Below, piece after piece: positions 49,101-60,528 of a stretch of 64,000 bases of DNA. This DNA comes from Antedon mediterranea. Taxonomy: Eukaryota; Animalia; Echinodermata. Position 1 is the stretch's first letter. Each line of letters opens with the position of its first letter. Location of the stretch: NCBI RefSeq assembly GCF_964355755.1, contig NC_092673.1, positions 12,868,948 through 12,932,947 of the forward strand, written 5' to 3'. The notes beneath the pieces are model-generated. The model searched no databases, had not been told where the DNA came from, and saw only the letters and a program-made list of their open reading frames with translations. The translations under genes were made by a program, and so were the position numbers.

Positions 49101-52100
49101 TAATTGAACTAAATGCTGGTCAATATATTTTTTATCACTACAGCCAAAGTAGACAAACTTATTAAGGGAGCTTCAATTTAATAGAATGTCTCCCCTCACC
49201 TTTCCATGACTATTTGTCACAAGTGATGAACATGCATCAATCACAAACCAGTAAGAAGGTTATATTTTGACTTTGCTATAGGTCAATAAACATTGTACAA
49301 AAGTAGTGAAAAGCTTTGTTGAAAGTGGTCACACAGACAAAATAAAAACTGTGACATAACAATAAAATGATAATCGTTTTTAATAAAATACACTGGACTG
49401 ATGACTTTTACCAAGATGAAAAAATGGATCAGATGAATTTTTAATCAATTACATTACAAACAAATGTTTAATGTAGATTCTTGTTTATTATATAAATGAA
49501 TAAAATTGTGCTATCTGCTAATTCAACTTTGTCTTCTAGTGCTGTCTGAACTCTCTTTATACTAGTAACAATTGTGTATAAATATTCAACTTTATGTATG
49601 ATAATTTACCCATTGAAATTTTGTTTTAAAGTTTACGATTACTTGGAAAACATCAAATACAAAACTAGTGACAGTAACATTTACTGGCGTGAAGCCTGCC
49701 ACCTATATTGTAGAGGTATGTATTTAAAAAAAAATTGAGATAATACCAAAGGGAACACAATCACAACTCAAAACAAACTTGAAAAGCTGACTTCAAATGT
49801 TCAACAAGTAGTTACGCAAACATGCATGTTTGAAATTTTAAATGCGCAAAACAGATTTCTAATCAATTTAGTGCATGTTTCAGGCCATTTTTAGCATTTT
49901 CATGTTGGCCGTGTGTTTCTGTATGCACCACACATATAGACCAGGTGCCCAGATAATTTATTCATGTGAAAAGCCACAAAAGGTTAAGATTCAATAATCA
50001 ATATTGCTGCCGGGTCCTATCCTGTAAATTTTCCATGGGGACACCAAATAGAGAGGGTAAAAAATCAATTTAATCATGTGAAAAGTCACACGGATAAAAG
50101 TTGTTGGACATCGTCCCCATATGTGTATACAATGTTAAAACTGCAATGACAGAAACTTTATCCTGTAAGTTGCCCGAGACAGTAGCCCAAAGTGACCACT
50201 CAAAAATGGTGTTAATCATGTCAAGAGCCACACAGCTAATTCCTTTTGCATTGTAACTGTCACACATTGGGATGCACAAAACCATTGACAGCAACTTTAT
50301 CCTGTAAGTTGCCCCAGACAGTAGCCCAAAAATGCCCGTTGGGCAATACAAGATTTAATCATGCAAAAAAAGCCACACAGCAAATTCCTTTTACATTATA
50401 ACTATTATAATTTTGTCCTGTAAGTTGCCTCAGGGTACAGTAGCCCAAAAAAATGCCTGTTGTGTCTTTAATCACACGAAGAGCCACACGGCAAATTGCT
50501 CATGATCGGTATAGTGCTTCTGGGGGACAGGGTTCATCCTGTTTGTTGTCCTTTTATACCTCACCTATGGTGGTCACTTTGATTGGTGGTCACGCTTATG
50601 TGCATCACTATTAAAGTAGAGGTTGATATTCCCTGTAACCCCACATGGGGGTGCCCCACCGGAGGTTCTGACCGGTCGTGGGCGACCAATGTTTTTAATT
50701 TTTTGTACATAATGTTTGTTGAATGTTGTCTGGAATGTAAGTACCTTACATTTAAATGCATTTAAATGGTTACCAAACTGACAAGCACTCGCTTCTTTTG
50801 GTATACTATTAAATATTGTGAATGTAATTGTGAATACATGTGTGTGAATTACTAAAAAAAATGTAAAAAAATTCCTTTTTTATTGGAACTGTTACGCATT
50901 GGGATATATACGAGAATACTCATGACAGCAACGTTATCTTGTAAGTCCAGACAGTAGCCCAAAAATTCCCGTTGGGCCCTACAAGATTTAATCATGCGAA
51001 GAGCCACACGACAAAATCCCTTTTACATTGTAACTATTATTACCCTTTGGGATATACGGAAATACCATTGACAGCAAATTTACCATGTAAGTTGCCCCAG
51101 ACAGTATTCCAACAATTTCCGATTCGCCCCTACAAGATTTAATAACTCAAACGGTTAATTCTTTTTCCTAACTTTTACACATTGAGCTATACGAAATTAT
51201 AATAATTACAGTATAATATTAATAGATACCTGACCCTTCGGGATACATTATGTCACAGATTAACCAAAGTGTGGCTCTTCTGAGTTAAATCTTGTAGGGG
51301 TCGGAATCGGAACCTTTAAGAAGGTCGTGCACTTTTGACCCATGGGCGTTCAGGGGGTATTTTGTATAAGTGTTTAAGTAATGTACATTCCTTTTCCTTT
51401 TTTCCAATTTGTTTATGTATATTAATTCTATGATATGTTTACTTACGATTCTGGAGTGTGTGCCCATAATAATTATATCTCAATTTGTTTATGTATATTA
51501 ATTCTATGATATGTTTACTTACGATTCTGGAGTGTGTGCCCATAATAATTATATCTCAATTTGTTTATGTATATTAATTCTATGATATGTTTACTTACGA
51601 TTCTGGAGTGTGTGCCCATAATAATTATATCTCAATTTGTTTATGTATAATAATTCTACCATATGTTACGATTCTGTATAGACCTATAACTTTTATATAT
51701 TATTGGTTATTTTATAAGTATATTAATGGTGCGTTTATCTATATAACAATGGTGAATGCTAATTGTTAATGCTACAATGCTATATATTCAACAGGGGGAA
51801 GCCTTCACGTAATGTAAAGTATTAGATGTAATATCAATACCTGTAATCTACTTATTTTGTTTCCTTTGGTTTGTCCTAGACTCTGTTGACACAAAATAAT
51901 GTTTATTCAGTCATGAAATTCTTTCATATTAGATGCTTTGATTTTAGCCGTCGGGACCGCTCATCTTCGTATAGCCCCAATTGAGAAACCATTTCACGTC
52001 AAAATCACCTTCTGACATCGTTCCAATTTGAACAAACTAAACAAAACCACAAAACACTTTTTTTTATTCAGATCTTTTTATATCTCAATGGTATTTTCGT

Positions 52101-55100
52101 ATATCCCAAGGGTAATAATTACAATGCAAAACAAATTAGCTGTGTGGTTGATTCTTGTAGTGGCTGGGGAACTGTAGTCTTCTTGGGCAACGTACAGAAT
52201 AAAGTTGCTGTCAATGGTATTTTCGTATATCGCCCGCAATGGAAAGTTATAGAATATGCCGTGTGGCTCTTCAAGTTATTAAATCTTGTAGGGGTCGGAT
52301 TCGGAAATTGTTGGCCTACTATCTGGGGCAACTTACATGATAAAGTTAGTGTCAACGGTATTTTCGTATCCCAAAGTATAATAGTTACAATGTAAAAGGA
52401 ATTTTCCGTGTGGCTTTTTCGCATGATTAAATCTTGTACGGCACAACAGACATTTTTGGGCTATACTGTCTGGGGCAACTTACAGGATAAAGTTTCTGTC
52501 AATGGTATTTTTGTGCATCCAAATGTGTAACAGTTACAATGCAAAAGAAATTAGACGTGTGGCTCTTCGCATGATTAAATCTTGTATGGTCCAACAGGCA
52601 TTTTTGAGCTACTGTCTGGGAAACTTACATGATAAAGTTGCTGTCAATGGTTTTGTGCATCCCAATGCGCGACAGTTACAATGCAAAAGGAATTACCCGT
52701 GTGGCTCTTGACATGATTAACACCATTTTTGAGTGGTCACTTTGGGCTACTGTCTCGGGCAACTTACATGATAAAGTTGCTGTCATTGCTGTTTTAACAT
52801 TGTGTACACATATGGGGACGATTTCCAACAACTTTTATCCGTGTGGCTTTTCACATGATTAAATCCATTTTTTACCCCTCCTATTTGGTGTCCCCAGGGA
52901 AAATTTACAGGATATGACCCGGCAGCAATATTGATTTATTGAATCTTAGCCATATATCTACATAATCAGCCCATCAAAACCTTTTGTGGGTTTTCACATG
53001 AATAAACTTTCTGGGCGCCCGGTCTAATATGTAACATAGGAAGACTGTTTTTACAATTTACTTTTGTTCTTCATACCTTCCATGATACATATCCTTCCTT
53101 TTTATGAACTCTAAATGCAAAGGACAATTTTGTGTAAAAATATGCCTATTTTAAATCTATAATAGCTTCTCAGGATGAACGTGACCCCCGATTTGTTATG
53201 GAAGATAATGAGTTGTAAATATGAATTCATGTAAAATAATTACATGTAAAATAATTACCTATTAGATGTTGTGACGTCAATGTAAATTAAATCTAAATTT
53301 GATTGATTTTAATTACATTTGTAGCTACTGCCTTGGCCATTAGGTGACAATTCTCAGAAATGTCTGAAGAATGATATTTCATTTCAATGTACTGTTATGT
53401 CATCCAAGCCTTCTGAAGTAAAAGGTATTGTATTTACATTTTTAGGGACTTATAATAACTTTATTTGGATTGACGCTTCTGCAAGAGCGGCACAAATTAT
53501 AAAACCATTATCAAAAGTACAATATAAAACGATACAATTAAAATAAACAAGAAAACAGTAAAAATTTACAAAACTTATCAAATATATCAGAAGATTAAAC
53601 TTTGGGTCATTTATCATTTATTTGATAAAGTACCCCATAATCGTCTGATTAAGAAACTTAACAATATTGGCTTAAACAAAGGTTTAAATAAATGTATCCA
53701 GGATTTTCTTTTAAATAGAAAACAAAGAGTTATCTATAGAGGTGAAATATCGCATTGGAAGAATGTAATATCAGGGGTACCCCAGGGGTCAGTTCTTGGC
53801 CCTCTTTTGTTTCTATTGTATGTGAGTGATCTTGAATATGGTATAGAATCTTCAATTTTTCAATTTGCAGATGACAATACCATTTCAAGACCTATTCATT
53901 AATTAGAAGACTGTATAAAGTTACAGAGTGATTTAAATAAGATTTATGAATGGTCAGTTTTAAATAAACTACCATTAAATGCATCAAAATGTGCAGCAAT
54001 GAGTTTATCCAGGTGTAAAGATCCCATCATATTTGCTTACGATATCAATTCCGATTCAACGGAAAGAGTCCATGAATTCAAACTACTTGGTGTATATATC
54101 AACAGTAAATTAACATGCCACTCTCATGTAGATTATGTTTGTAGTAAGGCAAGCAAACTTCTTGGTTTTGTTTCAAGATGTAGTAAAGCAATGTCTTGGA
54201 TGGCAATGCTAAATCTTTACAAAGCACTAATACTACCTGTTGTGACTTACTGTTGTTGTATGTGGGCACCTACTGAAATATCTCATGTATAGACTTGAAA
54301 GGGTTCAGAGAAAGGCCACTAGAATAATTATGTACAGAAAAGAAGGAAATTGGGACACTTCATATTTATATAGGTTAAAGACCCTAAATATTTTAAGTAT
54401 TGAAGATATATTTAAAGTGTATAGACTCACATTAGGTTTTAAAATAATGCATGGCCTCTGTCCATCATCCTTTAATGAGTTTGTGAGATCAAGTGAGAGG
54501 TGTGAAGGGCGGTTAATACATTGGAAGGCAAAGACCAATACATTTTTAAATTCATCGTTTGTTATTTTCCCTAGATTATGGGAGCAACTTCCCAATGAAA
54601 TTAAACAATGTGCTACAATTTCAGACTTTAAAGCCCAACTCATCAAACATTTGATCTCAAAATATTAAGTTGTAATTGTTTATATTGTTTATTCAATGCA
54701 GCTTATTTTTAATTGGTGTATCTCATTATAACTTTGTTTTGTTTTGTTTTATTTTGACTTAATTTGTGCTACTTAGTTTTGTTATTTTTGTATTTTATAA
54801 GTAACGATGGAGTAAGAGCAGTTTTCTGTTTGGGCTCATGCCTATTACTTGCTCCTGGCAAGATGAATTGTAAAATGTACTTTATGAACTTTTGCCGAAT
54901 AAATATTATTATTATTATTATTAATAAAGTGGTCAGAGTTACCAAGAGTTAGCGTTAATTTTAAATACTAGATGGTACGCTCGCGTACCATCTAGGTCGT
55001 GTCCACAGATGGTTCTCAAATACACAGTAATTTCAGCGTAAAAAAACTGGCGATTTCAAATGTACGTACCGCAGGACTATAGTACATTGTCGTTTACAGA

Positions 55101-58100
55101 AACAAATAAATAGACATGATGATTTATGTAGTCAACTAAAATTAGCACCCTGAGAATTAGGCCTACTTCCAAAGGAGAAACTTGAGTCCAAATTTTTTAT
55201 TTGAACTCATTTAAACAAACCCAATTTGTGTTTTGTATATAACATTAGAGTTGGGGAAGAGGATGGGAAGAACAATTTTTAAATATATTCTCTATCCACT
55301 CAGTAACGAAATATTGGTCTATCAATAATATACCACTAAACACAGTAAAACATTTACGATTGAATACTTTTTTTAAAATGCCCCTGTTATAGTCGATTGA
55401 AATAGTAAAGTACATGTAACGATACACCACTACGACGTTTATATTTTTCATAATTAATAATTAATAAAAACGTTGAGAAGCAACTGTCAGTAATAAAGTT
55501 TTTATTTGTATATTATGTATTTATATATCCAGCAGTAGAGCCTACTCACAGTCACAGTAATAAATGTTCTTTGTATGTGTGTTTATATATCTAACAGTAA
55601 CCACATTCACAGTAAGAAAATTTCGTTTTAATTGTCAATAACTAATTATCTAACTAAATTTAATTAGTAAACAGGGTTACATCAGGTGGTTAAAATCAGT
55701 ACCGAGATTCTAACCAACTTTATATACCATCGAGTAAACATTCTAGAAATAACGCGCAATTTACCGAATTTTGCCCTAACGTAAATTTATATATAGATAA
55801 ATCACCAGAAATAAAAAGAGACCAATAATTAAAGGCACTTTAAAGATTGATAAACTCATTGGCTCTGATAACATTCAGACATTTACATATAAAAAGAAAT
55901 GGATTAGATCTTCGGATCCTTCATTACATAGTGGACATTGTGCTATCATTGTCCTGTTGCGATTTTGCTATTAAGAGGTAATGTATTTGAGCAAGCCTTT
56001 TAATAGCTGAAAAGTTATTTATTTCTAAAAGATATTTTTCCAGGGAGTGATTTAAAATTAATAAACTCCTTAACCCTTTCACTGTGTATAACCGGTACTA
56101 CTACCGGGTATAAAAAAATGTCGTTGAGCTGTGTATACCTGGTATTACTGGGTATGGGAAAACAATGATTTAATCGTATTTCCTATAATTTATAGAACAA
56201 ATTTGTAATTCATTAAAACTATTTTTTAGCACAAAATGCGTCCTCTATATGTGTTAATATCGTATTGAAGTTTCTAATTCAATTTGCGCCTCTGGGGAAT
56301 TGATATCACACGTTATAATCATTTCGACATTGGAACATTGTATCATTACCTATAATGGTGCAAAAACATCCTCCAGATAGCACATTTTACCCACCAATAG
56401 GGCAATATCTGAAATAATTTTTAATTTATGTGTAATTTTTTATAAAACGATAACAATAACTTAATTTATAATAATAATTTTGTTTTGATATTTTTATTTG
56501 TTATACATATCTACATCAATATCTAGAGGGAATTTCTTATAGAAAAATAGTTTAATATGCAAATTAGCTTTTTTTTACTCCCAACCGTAGACCAACCTTT
56601 TGTCCACCACACATCACAAAAATAATCTCATTTATTAATTCTTTTCAAAGATTCTCAATGAAAGGAAACCTTTTATGATATTCTTTATTCATCTTTATTG
56701 GTTTAATTTGAAATACAGATTCAGAAATTCTTTTGTTTATACATCATACATACATCATTTATATATCTGATAAAATTTTTTAAAATACATAAAAGATGGT
56801 TAAAACATTAACAATACAGTAAAAAATGTTAAGATCCAGATTAGCATTATTATTCCCTATATATTTTACTTTATTTAAACATCATTTAATTTTAAAGCAA
56901 ATTTTATTAGATCATCAACTGTCCATATTTATATTAAAATTTCAACTTTGTATATCTACAGTCCATCCAAAAGAAGAGGATTACTATAATGTGCCTACTA
57001 TACCAACATTACAAGGTATGTAAACAGTATTTCTTGCCAGAAGAAATGGGTCAGCATAAAAAGATGGTTTTAAAAATCAATTCAACATCAATTCATTCCA
57101 TAAAACTAAGATTCTAGTCAAAAACTGTTTTAAAAATTGCTTTTCGGAACAATTTTTAGCTGCAATATGATCTTTTTATAAGAACATTTTATTATTTTTA
57201 CATATTTTTCAATAAAAATTGAGAAACAAATCAATAATCCAACTATTCGTACATTCAATATCATCTCTGGTCGACGTTATCATCTACAGTAGTAATTGAA
57301 GAAAAAAAGAAACTAGTTTATTTCAAAATGTTATATTTTAATTTCATATTCAATTGTTGTATATAATACAACCTATAGGGGAGGGGGGGGGGGGCTCTTT
57401 CCTATGAAGGGGAAATAATATTATGTTTTAACATTATATTACATTATCACCTATTTAAATTAGGGGACACCCTATCAAGTGGATGGGGACACTTAAGTGT
57501 GACAAAAAGGACACTGTTTTTCTTCCCTACCATTGAATTGAAATATTAATTAAAAAACATATAGTAATTGATCTCTTAAACAAAATATACTTTATATTGT
57601 CGAAATATACTGTAAAAAATAATCACAATAACCATGCTTAATGAAGTTTCTTGTGTTCCGATCAAAAGTTTGTTGTTGTGTAATGTTTTTTTTCTATTCA
57701 AGCACACAATTTATATTTTGTTGTACAGTATATTACAGAATGTTCATTTATACAATTTGAATCATTACAGAAAGCCAAGGGTTTAAGCATGATGAACAAG
57801 GAAATGTTGTAGCTATTGCTATAGCTTCATTATGCTCTGTGTTGGTTGCTGCATTGGTTTCTTTAATAATTTACAAATCTAAGAAAAGAAATGGTATGTT
57901 TTGCATTCTTTTTTTAATTTGTTCATGCTTTCCTAAGTTCATTTATTTCTTACTCATCCAGCAGCGAGCACAAACTCGCCAATTACAGGATGAGATCAAC
58001 TATTTTATAGTTTATCTCATTTGAGGCTTAGGGAGTAGAGTTGAAAGGTCACTAGGTCAGGATTGAATCCCGGACCATGTGATTGGAAGCATGTTTAATT

Positions 58101-60528
58101 TATTTCACAATTAATTTATTTTAAAACATAAAAAGACAGAAGAGACAGTAGCTAGAAGCAAATAAGAGTAGGAGCCCCTCCTTTGTCACACCCCTTTTCA
58201 GGGGACATCGTTAATAAGGGAAAACATGAAATATTATGTTTATTTAAAAAGTCACACTTTATAAATAATTGCATGGGATTTCAAGTCCATAAGCAAACAC
58301 TCTGACCTTTTCCCAAGGATTTCTATTGTTTGTGTACCATTTTAAAAACTTGAGAACAGTGTAAAAGGTAATTGTGATGCAGAATGTTTCCAATCAATGG
58401 CACATCCAGAACTTTTAAATAAGGGGAACAGAATTGTTCACTTATTGTTCATTTTGGCATTTTAGTGCCTCTGAATAGGGGTACCTTTGTGTGGTCCCAT
58501 AGATGTCCCCACTATACTACTGCTGGCTTGGCTTAGCCTACCATTTTATACCAGGCTGCAGTCATAATAATATGTCTGTGTGGTTATACTGTACAGCATC
58601 ATCATTATTCAACACCTGAAAAACAAAAACACCTATTGTTAGGTTAAAGCGATGCTTCGTTTGTTGTAGCTTGTAATACTTAATTATATTTATAGTTCGT
58701 ACATTTTTTTTATTGTTATTGTACTGTATACTCAATTTAACTATAATTTTTTATTTTTTTTTTGCTTTCCAATTATAGACCAAGATATTTACCACATTGA
58801 TGAGGAAGATAATGAAGGCAACAAAAGTAAGTAGAAAAAATAAAAAGACCTTCCAACTATAAAAAAGCACTTTCAACGACCAATGACCCACCTAGGTCAA
58901 TCAATGTGTTGACGGTTGTCGCCTGGACTTAGAAAACATCAAAACTACGTCAAGGTGGGGAGCAAGGAAACATGACCCAATCTAAATCTAAATTGATAAA
59001 ATTGTTTTTTAGAATTGAATTTTCCTTTTTTTACCCTACAGACTGTCTTAAAAAAAAAATGATAAGCACTAACAATCCTAAAGCTTGTTTTCCTTGTTTT
59101 TCCATGTTAAATTACGGCCAGTTGTGTTTTATTTCAAATTGTTGAATGATGATCGAACCGTAATGTCGACAGGAAAACCAACTTGAAAAAAAAAAAATGT
59201 GTTTGTGTTGTGTTGCCATAGTATGAAATGCTGAGAATGAATTTAGTGAATAGTAACAGGATAACATTAAATAAAGTGTGGTCAAATCGAACAAATCAGC
59301 AGACATACAATTTAAATGAATTTAGCCTATTCATTTGTTTTTGTTTTATTTGATTTCCACAAATAATACATAAAATATTTCTTTATAAATAATTAGTATA
59401 AATGTGGATGGTGGTCAAAATAAGTTTCAGAAAATAGACAACTTGTTTGACACTAAAACAAATAGTTATTTAAATTTATTAGTAATGAACTTTACTTTAA
59501 TATCCGCAGGCATTAGAGTGAAACGTATATTTGTTGTGCATTCCTTTGACCATCCAAGTCATAACAATGTTGTTTTGAATGTTTGTAACTTTCTGAGCAA
59601 TTGCTGCAAGTTTGATGTGCACACCGCCCTCTATGGAAGCAATGCTATTGAAAAGGGTGTCAATGAATGGATAGCAAGAGAATGTGAAGAAGCAGATAAG
59701 ATCATTGTGATATGCTCACAAGGTACACAGCTGAAATGGCGGGCTAATTACCGGGATATTTCAATGCAAACAAAAGAGGAAGCCTGTGGTGATATCTTTT
59801 CAATATTCTTACGCGTTCAACGAGTTGAGTATGAAAAGAATCCAGAAAAGTTTGTTGTTGCATATATGAGTTACTCATTTGAAACTGACATACCACAACC
59901 TTTGACATCTCTGATGAAATACCAGTTGATGGACCATATGGAACAAATGTACTACCACTTAAATGGCATGAAGAAACAAAGTGCAACACATGTTTTCAAC
60001 ATACCTGCTCTTCAGTCTTGGGCATCGGCAACAGATGCTGGGGTAGATCTTGAAAAAGCTATTGATGAAATGAAAAAAAAAATTGAGAAAGAGGATGATT
60101 GGTTTTTCAATTACAATGAAATTCCTGATGAAATTGCTGTACGCTTAAAGGCAAAGCAGCAACGAGTCTCGCATCCAATTAATAATGAAGTAAAAATTTG
60201 CAGAAAATCAGAAAAGTGTAGTTTAATGTCCACCCAGTCAAATTTGATGCACATAAGTCTTCAAGACTTTGATTTCCAAAATATTAGTAAGATAAGTGAT
60301 GACGAGTTTCAGTTAGCTTCACTTGCATCTCTCAAGCAAATTACTGGTTTTCAGGCTGTTACTATTGAACAGCCAAAGGTTGATTCAGGAGTATCAATGT
60401 GTGATTCAGGGATATCGATATCTTCGATTGACAGAACCAAGCATTCAGATTTCATGTCTGATGACTTTGTACATAAGCAGCCAACTGAATATGATCATAC
60501 TTACATGAATATAGAGTTTGAATTATAA
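34187..60528 (+). CDS. Interleukin-17 receptor family (SEF/IL17RD-like) single-pass receptor with SEFIR domain
   Basis: Phase-compatible exons: 34187-34303 (signal peptide PLVVLLLVVCSVEG), [37310-37330 candidate micro-exon], 39026-39092, 39731-39898, 40434-40576, 40886-41000, 41322-41369, 42813-43000, 48899-48940 and/or 48989-49036, 49632-49715, 53325-53424, 56962-57015, 57771-57893 (TM VVAIAIASLCSVLVAALVSLIIY-KSKKR), 58779-58826, 59510-60528 (SEFIR: RIFVVHSFDHPSHNNVV..FL..C..DV, EADKIIVICSQG, GDIF, KFVVAY, DIP..L..KYQLMDHMEQ). The ectodomain has Cys and beta-strand patterns of IL17R FnIII-like domains. Orthology to a specific vertebrate paralogue cannot be assigned. Confidence 0.88.
34629..34666. 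mobile_element. 24-bp perfect palindrome with 7-bp direct repeats (putative P-like excision footprint)
   Basis: GTTATAC|CAGGGAGTTGTTAACAACTCCCTG|GTTATAC. Confidence 0.6.
34908..35158. mobile_element. MITE with ~28-bp TIRs (Harbinger-like termini) flanked by TTAA
   Basis: TTAA|GCCTGGTTTCCATAAAATCGCTACACCG...CGGTGTAGCGATTTTATGGGAACCAGGC|TTAA. Confidence 0.8.
35820..36609. repeat. 17-bp minisatellite (TACCCAATTAACCCATA)n, about 46 copies
   Basis: Directly visible, highly homogeneous array in intron 1 of the IL17R gene. Confidence 0.97.
37901..38737 (+). mobile_element. Unclassified non-autonomous DNA element with asymmetric subterminal inverted repeats and an internal tRNA-like cassette
   Basis: Homologous inverted copy at 61801-63186. 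Terminal hairpin (tacagatattgcc...ggcgatatctgtta); atattacatagcc (38061) pairs with ggctatgtaatat (~38725); terminal fragment also at ~29985-30019. Confidence 0.7.
38770..39025. repeat. Tandem repeat, ~3 units of 88-91 bp, ending at an IL17R splice acceptor
   Basis: taccatacatatgt...gagttttatg repeated at 38770, 38858 and 38949. Confidence 0.85.
40129..40201 (-). tRNA. tRNA-like cloverleaf with ATC at the anticodon position (probably repeat-borne or a pseudo-tRNA)
   Basis: GCCCCAG/TTGGGGC acceptor stem, D arm GTCT/GGAC, TCTGC-ATATCAA-GCAGA anticodon arm, GGTTCAAGT T loop with one T-stem mismatch, T5 immediately downstream. Confidence 0.45.
40726..40841. repeat. Long palindrome (31-bp perfect arms, 8-nt loop)
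   Basis: acgtgtattagttctgaaaagaactgttgag-atagctgg-ctcaacagttcttttcagaactaatacacgt (40746-40815), extended imperfectly on both sides. Confidence 0.85.
43065..43560. repeat. ~84-bp tandem repeat (4 units) interrupted by a 140-bp templated insertion
   Basis: gtttcaatgagcaattgaa...caagacctggag units at ~43065, 43301, 43386 and 43471; 43160-43299 is identical to 44139-44278. Confidence 0.85.
44655..45920 (-). mobile_element. Non-autonomous Helitron (1266 bp)
   Basis: Minus strand begins TCTATATATAAATTTACG and ends with hairpin ctagatggtacgcgagcgtaccatCTAG; A|T insertion site; paralogue at 54968-55797. Confidence 0.9.
45921..46720 (-). mobile_element. Decayed CR1/L2-type LINE relic: 2A-like peptide and PHD finger N-terminus joined to an RT C-terminal relic
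   Basis: IVLTGDITRNSGP (46672-46634), then KDACGSC..VRSNHCGIHCDSCDTWYHQ-CIEMDTQTYKKRANDSWYCFQC (PHD, two frameshifts); EYAC relic near 46150. Confidence 0.7.
49932..53032. mobile_element. Foldback-like element with ~1-kb modular inverted arms built from ~120-bp subrepeats
   Basis: 49932-50370 is the reverse complement of ~52580-53032, and ~50880-51170 of ~52200-52470. The arms consist of repeated ctgtaagttgccccagacagtagcccaaa...gagccacac units; the centre is non-coding. Confidence 0.8.
51405..51676. repeat. 76-bp tandem repeat, ~3.5 identical copies
   Basis: caatttgtttatgtat at 51405, 51481, 51557 and 51633. Confidence 0.92.
53621..54924 (+). mobile_element. 5'-truncated CR1-clade LINE (RT pseudogene, 3' UTR, (ATT)n tail)
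   Basis: FDKVPH, RKQRV, SGVPQGSVLGPLLF, FADD, LQSDL, LLGV, LERVQRKATR; an in-frame stop near 53900 and a frameshift near 54290; AATAAA plus (ATT)n tail at 54898-54924. Confidence 0.92.
54968..55797 (-). mobile_element. Non-autonomous Helitron (830 bp, internally shorter paralogue of 44655-45920)
   Basis: Same TC...hairpin-CTAG termini and A|T insertion site. Confidence 0.9.

Noticed and set aside
50070-52862. Paired similar ORFs (50070-50351 -, 52629-52862 +, 52119-52711)
   Set aside because: Translations of the inverted subrepeat arms, with no recognisable domain.
56041-56800. CAGGGAGT...ACTCCTT as a fourth footprint, and TTAA-CCCTTT as a piggyBac-like MITE
   Set aside because: No 7-bp flanking duplication for the first; only a poor right TIR for the second.
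59404-59509. First 35 codons of ORF 59404-60528
   Set aside because: Intronic read-through; the exon starts after ccgcag at 59510, in phase with the upstream exon.
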